Positions 48,645-62,149 of a stretch of 63,063 nt of DNA are shown here, one piece after another. Source of the DNA: Dicyema japonicum (taxonomy: Eukaryota; Animalia; Dicyemida); contig RDEW01000008.1 of the NCBI GenBank assembly GCA_011109175.1, forward strand, positions 1,295,600 through 1,358,662. Reading direction: 5' to 3'. Under the pieces are notes generated by a model. The model was not told the origin of the DNA and did not search any database. It saw only the letters and a program-made list of their open reading frames with translations. The position numbers were made by a program, and so were the translations under genes. Numbering within the stretch: the stretch's first letter is position 1; each line of letters opens with the position of its first letter.

Positions 48645-49989
48645 GAGTTATATATTTTCCCTCATGTCTTTAAATAAAGCCTTTGACTGCATTTTGAGTG
48701 TTGATCTACTACGAGCAATGTCAAAAGCAAATATAAGACAACCCCCTATTTTATGAGTGAAATATTTTTTGATAGAGTCGTTTATAGTTGGTTAGGTAAT
48801 CCAATCCGTGTTACCCATAAGCATATGAATAGTTAGGGTTCCGCTTTTTTCCGTGTTTTTCACTACTGTCTTAGCTGGAACATGACTTGTTATAAAATGC
48901 CTATTCTGTTTCAGATTTTTCCATTAGGATGCATTCTTTCTTCCCCTTGATTTCTTCCTAGTGCTATCTCTTCAAGGTAAGTGACCATGTTAGACTCTTC
49001 AATGTACCAAAAAATATTGTAGTACTCCCATTTGGCATCTTACTATCTACTTTTCGAGGCATAAAGCCTTGACTAGGCAAGTAAAATCGACGTCTCCATT
49101 ATTAGTGCATTCAAGACATGGATTCTCTCAACAATTCGCTTAAACAATGACCTTTAACGATTGCTTTTCGCCATAGAGACATCGAGTTTTTGTAAACTGA
49201 CCAATTCGATTGAAAAGTTTTTCGAGCGAAGAGAAAAGGAGACATTAACTTTTTTCAGAGAAAGATTCACGGCATGAGAGAAGGTGGTCATCCCAAAAGC
49301 TGTCTTTGGAGATATCAATCCGTTTGTAAAGTATCGTTAGTTAGAAAAAAATTTTCTCATTTACTTCTCTTCTCTGTGTTTTTATAGTATAGCTCAGAGG
49401 TACCTATATTGCTCAAAATGCCTTCATCTCTCCAATATGTAACTTTAATCGTCCTTCAAGTTCATAGACAGAATAACTGACCGAGAACTGATTGGATACA
49501 TGTTTAAGGATACGTCAGGTCCCATCTGGTCCATTTGAGAAACATGGACAAGTACAGTCTGTCTTGAGACAAAACATGGAATTTATTAGGTATTATCAAA
49601 AGCTATTATTTTATTTAGTTACCCCCATTCGAGTGAAGGAAATCGGTCTACAACAAGGAAAAAGTTATACAATCGGACCTCGATTCGGATTAAACCTTGG
49701 TTTTGAATAATCCCCAGATTTTTGAACACTTGGTAGGATTAGGCGTAGAAATTGAACAGACCCCTTCTGATAAAAACTTTGATGTGGAACAAAAATTAAT
49801 TAATTTATGACTTATTTAATTGTTTATTTTATTTTAATTTGAAATAAAATTTCACATTGACTTAATATCCTTATAGTGTTCTTAAATGAGTCTCAAATAA
49901 GAAGAAAAATTTGAAATTGCTCTTCTCTTATCGAAAAAATCTATTACAGTTCTTACACAAAGTTCGGAGCGAGGATTGGAACTATATTT

Positions 49990-50690
49990 CGAATAAAATA
50001 TATACCACTTGTGATTGGTAGGAACATTTGTTCAAAAGATGAAACTCATGAGAAGTATGAAAGTCACTTTTAATTTGTTGGATTCAAAGGTTCTTGATGT
50101 AATTTCACCACTTGAGACTGTGGTCCACTCTAAAAATTAGTAATCTCCATATTGACCCATAAAAAAGTTAATTTACGACTCTGCGACAAAATATACAGCC
50201 TGAATCTGTTGTAAAGTGTTGGAACAGTATTTACAAGAAACAATCTCAATGATCAAAGCGATGTATCAGAAATTATAGAGGAGTTATTAAGAAGAAATCT
50301 ATGATGAAATATAATGGTGGATCTAGAGAAAATAAACTCAAAACAAATTAGGACAATCTGTTGTTTCACATGAATTTGTGGAGATTAGTGTAGAGACGAT
50401 GATCAGTACGGATACGCCTGTAACCAATAACAAACCCGACATTTTCGTTTATCACGAGATTCTTCTAAGTCCACCTGGATGTCCTCAAAGCTTATATACA
50501 AAGGGAGACGATCAAAGCTTACATACAAACGCTAGTACTGCAAAAGACTTTAGAGAGTATGCAAGCTGAGGAGAGTCATGGAGTATCGATGCCTGGTGAT
50601 GAGGAAGACGGCATGTAGTGTCATCTTAAGGTATTCTTTAAAAGTGAGGTGTGCAGCGACGTGAACACACCTATACAGGAAATAGTCAAA
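49990..50690 (+). mobile_element. R4/Dong-like element 3' portion with an internal deletion
   Basis: EISVETMISTDTPVTNNKPDIFVYHE (RLE), TIKAYIQTLVLQKTLESM, and a UTR matching 34020-34140. Confidence 0.65.
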
Positions 50691-51194
50691 AACAGGAAAA
50701 GTGTGAAGTTTTACCTTAGGATTTTTTGTTTGTTCTGCTCGTGGTTAAAACCACCCCGTACTTCTTCATGGACCCATCTTCATAATTTTAATGTATATTC
50801 ATATTTTACGATAATCACTAAATAAATAAAGCCAAAATCCACTTTTTTAAGTGCCATCTCTTCCAAACAAATGACTTGATCCTTTTAAGCTTTAGATTTT
50901 TGATCAATCGTAAAATAAAAATTTCTTAAATACGTCAAAATTAATTTCTGGTTAAAAATACAGGATTTACACTTTTTCAAAATATTGTTGAATCTAGACT
51001 TCAGATAGTTAGTTTAGTAACTTTTAGGAGACCAGCGGCTAGTAGGAAGCAGCAACTGCCGGTCACTCCATAGATAAGTCAGTCTTAGTATTGTAGACGA
51101 ATAGTGTAATAATTCAAGACATACAAAAAGGTATTAGGAGAGCTATTCGAATGTTCTAGACGCAAAGCACAATGGGTATGTAAACATAGGTCGT

Positions 51195-51404
51195 TCAAAC
51201 CAGATCCGCAAAATCGCGCAAATTTTTCAAACCGCGTTGATCAGGCATGTTCGAGGACAACCATGTGGGATGGTGGGAATTAAAATCTCCACAGAATAAC
51301 ATATTCAATAGACATAAGGAAAAGTAAATTTGCCATGTAGTTTCTAGTACAAGAAATGGGAGGAATGTACATATTGACGACAGTAAAACAAGTCTTCTTG
51401 ACAT
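51195..51404 (-). mobile_element. LINE APE endonuclease remnant
   Basis: LFCGDFNSHHPTW motif. Confidence 0.6.
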
Positions 51405-52084
51405 TTACCTATTTTCTTTTTTGGTTACGTGCAAATCTGTAGATATCCCATACCATATTAGGTATTACTGATGATGGTGCCCTTCGTAAACCAGGAAGCA
51501 TAGTAGACAACCTCATGGAGTAAATCTTTATAAAGGTTTAACGTATAATCAAGAAATCATAACTCATATATGTTGATAGTCTCCATCTTCGAATGATTCA
51601 GCCAATCAAAGCTCGTTCAAAGATGGAACGAATATAAGTAAATCGTTTGCACGACTTTATAATCGTTCAGATATTATAGATGAAGGAGGCTAATGTTACG
51701 GCTACGCAGTCAATTGTGCCTATAATATTTGTCCTTTTCAAGCACACGCAAGTACACCGAACTAATTTTGTGAGAACAACCTCATAAAATTATCTTTCTT
51801 GATGCCATTCACGCATTCGCCGCCTCCTGAGACAAATGGATCATATGACTTCACTCTTTTTGAACGACAGAAAAAAGGGACAGAGCATAGGAATAGAACC
51901 TCAGACGTAATTAAAAGCACTCCGCGGTTCCGTAAGTATATGAAGGGTGTTTTACTAAATTTCCACGTGGGCAGGACACATACTTATTTTTAAGAGGGAA
52001 AGAACAGCTATTCTAATTAATCGTAAGAATGGAGTTAAGGCATCAAGGTTGTTCTTAACATCTCTTTTTTGTCGGAGCGAGTAT

Positions 52085-52235
52085 CTGTAGACTAAGTGAG
52101 GTATCATTGAAATCGTCGTCACTCGTTAAGCCAGGAGGCATCGTAGATGTGCGGAACCTTCACCTGGAGTGGACAAGAGCGAGATTCGAACCAGGAAGCA
52201 AGTTAATTAACCATTAGTTAAGTAACCCTGGTCTT
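52085..52235 (-). mobile_element. tRNA-derived SINE, partial copy
   Basis: Reverse complement: GGTTCGAATCTCGCTC...GGTGAAGGTTCCGCACATCTACGATGCC...TTAACGAGTGACGACG. Confidence 0.75.
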
Positions 52236-53469
52236 ACTAATTTTTTAGAGACTAGCTGCTAAAACATTCCAGTCACTCCCATAGGTCAGTCTTCGTATTT
52301 TAGACAAACGGTGTACTAATTCAGAACATTTAAAAAGCTTAGTCCTGTCAACTCGGAGAAGTTGGAAAAGGAATGAATGACATCTTTTACCTCTTCCAGT
52401 CTACGTACGTACGTCGGTAGAGAGGGGATGGTGTCCATGTCGTAGACGAGCCGGGTTCATTCCAGAGACCACGGAAACGCCAAACTAACTACTCACGTGA
52501 TTCCAGCACCTCTCTACAGAGACCTAAACTTGACCAGATGTTCCTCTCTCGAGCCCACAAAACCAGTATCGGCAGTATAACTGGATGCTCTTATTCTCAC
52601 AAGCACGCTTCTCGGTTCTTACAGATGGGAATTCCAGAGGAGTGAACAGGGGACCTTTTTTTTCCTCAAAGATTTTTTCCTATTTTTCCTTAATAGTAGA
52701 ATCGGTAATCTTATAAATTCCACTTTTCCTATATTGCAGCACAACATCTCTATTATTCAAATTGCTGATTTGTCATCAAATCAGCGAGCGTCTTCTTTTC
52801 GAGCTTGCATATAAAATTTCGCCACTATGGACTCGAATTTGCTTTTCAGCCAATATTGGTCACTGAAGTGCACCGAATGAGTGACAGAATCCGTATTATG
52901 CAAATCTTTCAACAACTATTGTATCTCTAAAAGTTACATAACTATTATAAATATCTTTGCGCCACACTGTGTTCTGGGTACAACCTGGACTCAATGAGAT
53001 TACTGACTCACGATCAAGGCTATATATACTGAGCTTCACACGAATGTTCTTTCATCCTCCACAGTTACACGCAATCGATCTCAGCTCGTCCAGTTCGTCT
53101 CCCGTCTTTTGAACGAGTCTCCATCGCAATAGGAGTGAAATGGATTTTCCGATCTACTCTCTGATTTTCCGACCTCCACCTTGTCTTAATAGCATAAACT
53201 CTAATTCATTCATGTTATGTTAATCTATGAATTATCCGTTATTTGAATTGGTAACAAGAAAAATTTCAAGCACATTTTCATTGAAACATTTTATGTCAAA
53301 ATCAAAAATTATTATTCAATAATTCACTTTAACCGCTTTTTTAATAAAATATCACACTCTTTAGTAAAATCAAGTAAGTTTGAGAATACTAGGATTGAAA
53401 ATGAAGTTGTCGACATTTTATGCACTAAATGGTTGAAATTCAGATGTTATGATAATTGACAGGAAATCT

Positions 53470-54030
53470 GTCTTAATGGTAAAAATTCTCAGAAACTGTC
53501 TCCCAATCCTCGGCTAAGAAAGTAAAAAATGAAGCATTCAATGATACCGTTACAAATGAAATAACTGCGGATCTCCCATGTTTAGAAAATGATCCGATTT
53601 CCAATGAATTGGATTCATCCTTCTGATTTCACGGAGAACTTGAATTCAAGTGGACTCTTGGAGGACGTCAAGATCTCACCGTTGAGCGTAATAAGACCAC
53701 AAACTTTCTAATGTGATAATTCTCTTAAATTTGAATAACCTAAGACTTCCATAAAGCGTAACAGATCTTCATTCCTACAATCCAGTGAAGAAGAAAGGCA
53801 CTTCTGCTGTGCACCAATATGGATGATCTGTTGGAATCAAATACACTCTTTCATTTCAGGACTTGTTCATTCAATTTTGCTTGCAATAGGATTATATGAT
53901 CAAGCATATTCGGACTAAACACTTGAGTGAGAAATCGACTCCATCTTCAGAGTCTGGGGTGACATTTTCATGTAGATTTTGCGATGCGACCTTTAAATAT
54001 TCGACTGTTTGTGTAAACCCGTCAAAACTA
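53470..54030 (+). pseudogene. Possible decayed C2H2 zinc-finger gene
   Basis: DYMIKHIRTKH (HxxxxH half-finger) and FSCRFCDATFKY (F-x-C-xx-C-xxx-F), preceded by Ser/acidic frames. No consistent splice model was found. Confidence 0.3.
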
Positions 54031-54224
54031 GAAAATGATCTGATTTTTATTCTGGTTTTGTCTTGTCTTTCACGTTTATTACTCATAGACCTCTCATGTT
54101 AGAAAACCTCTATGTTGGGGTGGAGAAATTAGATCATAATCAGATGAGTGCTGAGGGAGAATTAAGCAAAACCACGTAAATCTATGTGAAAAAAGCGCAT
54201 TCAGAACAAATATTTTAGTGAAAA

Positions 54225-55358
54225 TCACACTTCCACAAAGTAATAGGGGTGCTGATCACGGTACTTTGCATCAATGGAAGAGTTTATTAGAGGTTTCAGT
54301 TGCCTACCAGGACCGACTTCGTAAACATTTCGCTTGGATGGTGAATTAAACAAATATTCCATGGTTTGTTGCCATTTTACTGGCGACACAACCTGGCGGA
54401 CTAACAAATCCTTGATCTCCTCGACGTTTTTGTACGGTTTGGCTGATAGATTAGAAATTACGTTAATTTTGGGCTCATTAAATTTAACATTGCTAAATTT
54501 AGTCAAAAACAAACTTTAAGACATCTTTGAGTTCATCGCAGGCAAAATTCATCATCTGAGTATGAAAGGCCCCACTAACCTGAAGCCTCTTAACTTTCCG
54601 AATTCCAAATTTGGAACTATTCGCTTCGATAAACTCCAAAGCCTACAATTAAGGCAATAGTCACCTCGACAGAGCCACCAATTACTTGAAATGCGGAAGA
54701 AAGATAATTTGCAGGCTGGCAAACTGAATTAGCGATTCCCAAAGAATGACAGTGCTCAATAGCCGCCTTACAGCAGTCTTCGATGTTCGAGATTCCGTTG
54801 ACCATTATAGAAATCATCCCTCCATTAGTCATCTCCGAAGCCTTCTGCATGGATGTAGCACGAACCTTTACTACTTTTACTGCTGTTTGGGTTACAAATA
54901 AGACAAACCATCCTCAAAAGACAGGCACTCTGAGAAAACGAGAGAACTATATTCTCCCAAACTCAATCCTGCAGTATAATTGCAAGTTCTAAGAGCTTCT
55001 GGATCTTCATTCTCAAGTTTTCCGAGAGAGGCTAGAGATGTGACCATAATAGCTGGTTGGGAGATTTCTGTTCTCATTAATTTATCAGATGGCCCTTCCA
55101 AACATAACTAAAATGACATCTAAAATATACTTTCAGTAGATCATATCCTAAAATAACACTCGCTCTCTCAAAAAGATCAACAGATTCCGGAAAATGCTTC
55201 AACTTTGATGCCATACCGATAAATTGGGAGCCCTGTCCAGGAAAAAGAAGCACAGACGATTCCTTCGATATCTGAGTTTGCGAAAACACGGCTGCTTCAC
55301 TTGAGCAGTTCCTCAAAACAGCTCTGACAGAAGCAAAAGGGAGCTTTAACGTGAACAT
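54225..55358 (-). CDS. MCAT: Mitochondrial malonyl-CoA:ACP transacylase (FabD family), intact, 346 aa, 5 exons
   Basis: Exons 55358-55131, 55107-54909, 54882-54665, 54642-54515 and 54492-54225; GT-AG introns of 23, 26, 22 and 22 nt; 1041 coding nt open to TGA. Motifs LFPGQGSQ, SQPAI, GLSLGE (catalytic Ser), VKVRA (Arg), VSGAFHT, QVVSPVKW and EVGPG. The basic, Ser-rich N-terminus looks like a targeting peptide. Confidence 0.95.
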
Positions 55359-55769
55359 AAGCACCGGTAACGGAGGAAGCGTCAAAATTCTATAAATAAT
55401 CGACATGGCGTGATCACGCCACTCTATTATGGTCCGATTTTTACTTATAATAATAATTAATAGACACCTGTGAACGCTCCAAGGGCATGTCGTGAGTTTT
55501 AAAAAATTTTGATTTTTACCCACGTGAGATGTCTCCCATTGTCCCCCATCTCCAGGATCTTGTATTAGTGCCTTTAAATGATTAAAGTGGAATTTTTTAA
55601 ATTAGCATCGAGGTCACGTCACTTGATATGATGATATTGATCGATCTTTTCAGCAACTCATATTCTTCATATCTGGTTTACTCACTTTTTCTTTAATGTT
55701 TTTATTCGTTCAAAACATTTTTAATTATTATTTTTATTTTAATTTTTTTAATAAAATAATTTTTTAACA

Positions 55770-56480
55770 AAAAAACAAATGTCAGTTGATGAAGCCGACT
55801 GCGTGGATTGCGAACGAGTTCCCTCAAAGTATGGCCATTCCAATCTTTTGTCTCAGCCATAATCCTTCTTGTTGATTCCTTTTCTTTCTGGCAAGCGTTC
55901 CTCCGAGTTCTCGCAAGAACTCAGCCGTTCATTGGACCAACGGCTCCCGATTATTCGGTCGCAACAGGAGTAAATCGGTAGCGGTCCCCGAGGCAAGAAT
56001 ATTTCTTGATTTTTAGGTTCTCCGCAGTCGAAGCAGCTGCTCCAGGTGTCTGAACCGATTTGAAAATATTCGTGCTTGAGAACGTGTCTACACTGCGTCC
56101 CAGACCAATGATCTTCCAGACGTGAAGGGGAAAAGCGTCATCCCGTCAGGTCTTTTTCCATCTCCTCGATCGAGACCCACTGATTCAAGCTGTGCTGGGT
56201 AGCCTGTAGCCTTCAAAACTCTGACGATCACATCGTTCAGAGCAGCATGATGTGGTCCTCTTCCGGCGCTTTTATCTGCAGGACAGCGAGTGCAATCCCT
56301 TCGCATTGACTGTTTTCCCGTATCGGCATCAATGCTCCTGGCAAACGTCTAGTCCCAGCCATTGTCCGATTCCAATCCTCAAAGAATCGTCGTCCAAAAA
56401 GGTCCCGAGGTTTGGGCAAGGTATTGCACCAAGCCATGCTCCACTCCCTCCTTTTGAAGCTGACACCAAACATGCCATAC
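55770..56480 (-). mobile_element. CRE-like element, RLE domain to 3' end
   Basis: [52 protein letters not shown], with a WLRQKIGMAILRG-type terminus. Confidence 0.8.
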
Positions 56481-59400
56481 AATGTTGATTTGTTTCTTTT
56501 TTAAGGTCTTACAAAATTTTGGAGCAGACAATGTTATCTCTTCCGACAAGCTTCGTCAAATGACTCATTCCAGCGAAGTCCAATAGTGTTATGAAGGACT
56601 TGCCGTGTCAAATGGCTAATTTTTATTTAAAAAAATTATTAACGAAAGGCTAAATCACTGAAAATTAATTATATCCTTTTTTCTCAACCACACTAGGCTA
56701 AATCAGTACCCCCATTTTTAAGAAAATGAGGTCAGCACTTCAGCAAAAATCATACTATTACTATTTGAGCAAAGTCTATGGTTACTATAGTAACCCATCA
56801 AGAGACAGGGAGCATTACAGCAAACGATTGTGATCGCAAGGCGTTTACGGAACCATGAATCGTTGTTCCTTAACAACCTGTCCACATTCTTCAATTTTTA
56901 TTAGGAAAGTTGACCAAATGGGAAGCACAATGTCTCAGACTATAACTTTATATGTCGTTAAGACATGAATACTTAGGGTTCCGCTTGTGTCGTGCTCTTC
57001 ACTATCCGTTTTACCAGTTTTCTCCGTGTTACTTTCGCTCTCGCATGTCTCCGTAGTTCATTGAGAAATCCATGCATAAAGTCCCCGTTTAGTGTTCGAG
57101 GCTTGTCCTCTGATCGTACGCGTAAAAAAATTTCGAAGGGACCACATACGGCTGTCGAAAGTCAAGAAATTCAAGAAATACAGAAAAGTAAACTTTCTGA
57201 CTTTAGTTGATGAGGAATTGATTATTGGATTCTCATTAGCATTACACTCAATAGTTAAGGCCGCGAAAAATATCAGTGCAGCTATTCAAAAGACAGGCAA
57301 GATTTTTATTCCTCTCTCCATGGACAGTAGAAAAATTGTGGTGTCACGTGCTAATTGATTTAAGATTTCTGTTTGTTTCGATTGCTTCACCTCTCCCATT
57401 TTCTACTAGAGTGACATCATGTGATTCACCTGCCCAGTGCAAGTTGGCACAAAAAGGATCATTTTCTCTCCCTTAATTCACTGGTGGGGTTTCCACGACT
57501 GCAAGGAATGGACTTTTTTACATTTTATACTGGTTCTGGATGTTTGAGTTTGACAACCATCAGGAAATTTAAAAAAGCATGTGCGATTATAGTTTCAATA
57601 AGAAAATTCCCGTCCTCAATTCTGGAAAACATTAAAACAGATCGAATAGGAGCTGGAAAATACATATGGACAGGCTGCTTCCCAGAGGATATATGTCTCA
57701 GATGAACCCTGATCTACCCATGAAACACTACGCGGCAGTTTCAAGACCTTCTCGAGTAACTTTTGCATAAAACCAAGGAGTTTGCACCAGGAATTATTCA
57801 GACAAACAAGTTTCCAACGGGTCTGCAGCCAGACAAGATTTCTTCAATTCACTTGAAACATTACACCTACCATACAATCTTCTTCGACCAGGGAAGAGTG
57901 GCGACTGGTTTAGCATTGTCGCTAATCAATTTATTTGGCATTTCTGCGCTAGCAGATTATTTCCAACCGCCAACAAACTTTCTAGTTTTCAACCATAAAA
58001 CTGAATTTTTTCCGAAACTTAAATCTCTCCCCCAAAGTCCTAAAAACGATATGATATTCAAATTTTATTAACGAATTTTCATAGTCGTGCAGAATGTAGT
58101 GGATCTAACTACAAATTTCAAATCAAGTCAGGGGATTTGAGGGGAGAGATCATCTGTTATGTTCTTCAACTGATGTTGCAGAGAACCAATCAACTTTTGG
58201 CAACATATCAATTTCCACGAACCTTTGATTTGCCATCTGTATAATTCGCCTCCCCAACCAGACATCAATTCTCTTTGGGATAAACATCACAACCCTTCAC
58301 GTCTGAATATATTAAAATATTCCGAGTTCACAAATTCTCGGATTACGAAAAAAACAAACTGGGAAGGCAAAACTGGATTGTAGTAGTTTCGAGGAAATTG
58401 TGGTAGCGTATCCTCCAAACGTTCTATGACTCTTAGCTAATGTTGGAATTAACATGAAGTTTCTCTAATTTCTTCAATAAAAAGTACAAAGCAAGTATTT
58501 ATTGAAGTAAAGAAAAATATTTCTGTTTCTCAACTAGATCAGTCACCTTTTGAAAATAAAATGTTCCATAATTTTTGATAAAGACCAAATAAGACTTTAT
58601 CGTTTTCAAGGTTTCACTACCATCCGGAGATCTTCCATCTATTAGTGAGGTGAAAAGAAACCAGTAGCTAACAGACACGTAGCAGCACACATACAGGGAT
58701 CCAAAAGGAATTCCATTGCGGAGAAGACACATAAAAAGGACAGGACACGAGAAAAGGTGATTAGTTCCGTGGCCATAAAGGTTACATCCAGGTCAGAGTG
58801 GCGACTCGACTGACACTTGAGGAAAATTCCCAATTAGCTTGGAGTCAATTAGTAGAATCAATAACAGGCGTCAGCGTCACATAAAAAGAAAAGAGACCTT
58901 TTTATTGTGAGAACATTCTTTTAACCTACTCAAAGTCAATTTTTTGGAATTCTCCACCGATTCCGATTGTTAAATCCTAGAAAACAGTTGATCCCATGTA
59001 GACATACACGTGGAGAGATATTGATATGCTATTGTAATTCAATCTCCCGATTTTCTCAAATAGATAGTAAAGAGATGGAGATGTTGTTCTTTTCATGTAT
59101 TTCAACAGAAATAGTTCCTTTTCCATCTGAGATGTTCTATAAATACCTCAAAGAGGGGAACCCAAGCCAAAAAAATCTTTTCAAGGTGAAAGACAGCCCG
59201 GGGTAATTTTATGGTTAGATTTGAGCACATATTACGGATGATTCATGCGTTCCTGCATACGATATTATGTAGTCATACTTCCTCTGCTCAGGGGCTTTTA
59301 GAAGGAGGTTACAGTAAACACTAAAGTAAAATGGTTAATTGGCTTGAGAGTCAATGCCTTATAAAGGAAAAGGACGTTAGGGTCCCAGAAAAAGAAAAGG

Positions 59401-60599
59401 GATTTTTTATTAATGGGAAATTATTCTTTTAGAAAAAATAAGGTGTTTAAGAATGATTTCGATTTTTCAGTATGTATTTTTTCAAAACTGTATGTTCCGT
59501 TGGATCCAAATTGTCAATATCTATTAATACTGTTTGATACAATGTAGTCACGTTCGATCTCCTTAGAATTTCCAATTTAGAGGCTGTTGAATTTCATCAG
59601 CCATTCGAAGTAAGTCTTCACCGAAGGCCTCCAGAGATGAACGTTGTGTGTCACTTGTTCAGAGGACCTCTCCACTGCAATACTCTATCAGCTCGTGCCT
59701 CTGTTGCGTGGAAATTCGCGTTATCGGAGACTATGCTCCGTAGACTCAACTCAATTTGCAGAACAACCATTCGTATGTTGAGCCCTCATACTGGATCATC
59801 AGTCACTCCCCTACTCACAGAAGCTACGAACCGTAGTCGTGCTCCGGCTTTCTTTTGCCTTCCAAAAGTTTCCACTTCGAATCTGATTTCTTTACAGGAA
59901 TGAGAGAAAAACTTCCGTTCGATACTGGGGACAATTAAAAACCATAGATGTTTGATAACACGGTTGATTGCGGGAACATGATCATTTGTTTTCCTTGGGG
60001 ACTTAACTTCTCTATTTTATTTTTCTTGATACAAAACTTAGTGGCTGTTAATGTTTTCAAGTGATAAAATGGTCTTATCAACCCAAACAGTATCGACGCA
60101 TAGCTACATTAAAAAGCCAAGATGCACGTGAGACTCAGTGGCTTCTCCAGTTGATCTCTTGCAATCTTTAGAGGCAACGCAAATACAAAATTAATTTTAA
60201 AATTAAATATCCGAGTTTTTTATTCGAAAATATTTTGCTAAGTTTTTTTCAATAAATTATATAGTAGAAACCATCTCCATTCACGTGGGTCTGTAGTCGT
60301 GTCATGATTGCAATTCCAATTTCATTGATGACACCTTTATCATTCTTCCAGCAAGAGCTTTCAAGGGTTATTAGAAAAACGTAAGCGATCTCCGAGGCTG
60401 ACTATTCTTCAATTCACGATTCGAGCAGTCAGAATTGCCAGAAAATACAAAATGTGAAGCGGTAATGAGTTGACGCACTCACGTCCCAAACGATACGTTT
60501 CCATATGAAAATGGGAAAATAATTCCATTGTATAACTCCCGAATCTATCATGTTGGTCCTCACTCAGTGATTTCGGTTGCTCTCTAGATCCTCACTATG

Positions 60600-61600
60600 A
60601 TTTTCTTCGGGGTTGGTGAAGCGACAAAGTATTCCACACCACCGAGGGGGCATTCTCTACTCAAATTAACAGTGAGTCGTTCCCAATCACCCTCATGTTT
60701 CTTTCTGACCCTTTCACAATCTCCTTCTCATGATCTGCTCCTCGGTTTACTTAGTATTGACCATAAAAGCTTTTGAGGCAGTTTACTTGATAAACTCGGC
60801 CATTTTTCTATTTTATGTTTTGTGACAGGTGACTTGATTTACAATTTCATTCCCATCTTGCACTATTCTAGAGCAGTATCAAGTAGCTTAAAGTCTTGGC
60901 TTTGAACCCCAACAGATTATTAACTACACAGCCAACTGATTTCTTAAAGTGAACATTCTTGTAATTCATGATTGGAGTCAGTGAGGACCGCTCTTTTTAG
61001 CGAGATAAAAATAGGGTTATTGTCCTTCCGAATTCGTATCCACGTACCACTAGTCAGTGGAGTGACGTCAGATGAGACGAGTGTGATGTCGAGCGATGTA
61101 AGGTCATAGGCTTTCTAAGGTGCTCTTGCGTACGTCAAATTTTCCAAGTTCTTCAATAATGAAATTTCCCCGTGTATGGGAGTTAATTCATGAATCCCCA
61201 GATATAATTCCAAGTCCTAAAGGCAGGAATCGAGAGGGGTAAGTTTATGTTTCTGATCATGACAAATCCAATGTTGTCGAGACACAGAGTCTGAATAACT
61301 CAGTGGGGGTTAGTAAATGGTCATATTCCCTTCCTGTCAAAAGTGATAAGTCTTCTTCCAAAGTCTGAGAATTGGACTTATCGGATGACGTCGTAATCAG
61401 GTAAGGCAGAGAGTGGATTAGTGAGTATCATCTTGTTTGTAAGTCCATAGATCGATAATTTCCTTTTACTTCGTTAATAGTAGAAGGCCAGAGATAATTA
61501 TCTGGTCTTCCTCAATGCCGATGATAACTGTCCAAGCACCTCATAGTGTAACTAGGACATTATTTGGACCCTGTTTCGATGACAGATAAAATGTAGTTAC
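60600..61600 (-). mobile_element. Highly decayed RT-like remnant (tentative)
   Basis: Only KAYDL and RHPISPILRL remnants are recognisable. Confidence 0.3.
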
Positions 61601-61639
61601 TTCAGCCTCACTAAAAAATAAAAGTCCGCTTCCTTTTCA

Positions 61640-62035
61640 ACGTTGGGGGCCCTATAAGCACCTTATAGAGCTCTGAGTGGTCTGAAGGTCATACAAAACT
61701 GTTCATCGAGGCTACAATAGGATGCGCATGTAATATCTGGGGATCTAACCTTTCTGCAACGAATTTGGACAAGATATGCATATTCAAGTGAAGGCAGCAA
61801 ACCTACTAAATAAATATTCCCGAGTGGAAATTCTGCCAAGAAACCTAAAAAATATGATAGAGGCTGGAACAATTCCTTTGCCAAGAACTCGAATATGCGG
61901 AAATTCGCAGGAACGCAGTCATAACACCGACAAACGATGCGAAGACTGTTGAGGGAGGCTGGGATCACCTGAATTTTGTTATTTTGGATATGACGATGGT
62001 TTTTTGGTTCAATAAAAAAAATAAATAGAGCGGGG
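61640..62035 (+). mobile_element. APE-type LINE 3' end (family of 6235-6575)
   Basis: KLFIEATIGCACNIWGSNLSATNLDKI, followed by the GGGATCACCTGA UTR motif and an A-rich end. Confidence 0.55.
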
Positions 62036-62149
62036 ATCCAAGGCAGATAAAATTCTTTCAAAGAGTGACAGCAGAGATTAAGTAACTCAAAGAGATTTGA
62101 CCATAAAATATAATTTATCCATCAAATTTAATTTATTTTTCTTAAATTG

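Noticed and set aside
54225-55523. Bacterial fabD operon or a fragmented fabD pseudogene
   Set aside because: Four GT-AG introns restore one ORF, there is a presequence-like N-terminus, and no fab neighbours are present. The track start at 55523 is an upstream in-frame extension; the ATG at 55358 fits better.
37380-56990. TTAGGG-containing motif (TAGGGTTCCG at ~37381, 48835, 56974) as telomeric sequence
   Set aside because: These are single, non-tandem occurrences. At most it is a short dispersed repeat end.
57700-59350. BEL/Pao LTR retrotransposon remnant (PNKLISDNAK, CLHG)
   Set aside because: Only two or three very short motif echoes and no LTRs; too weak to list as a feature.
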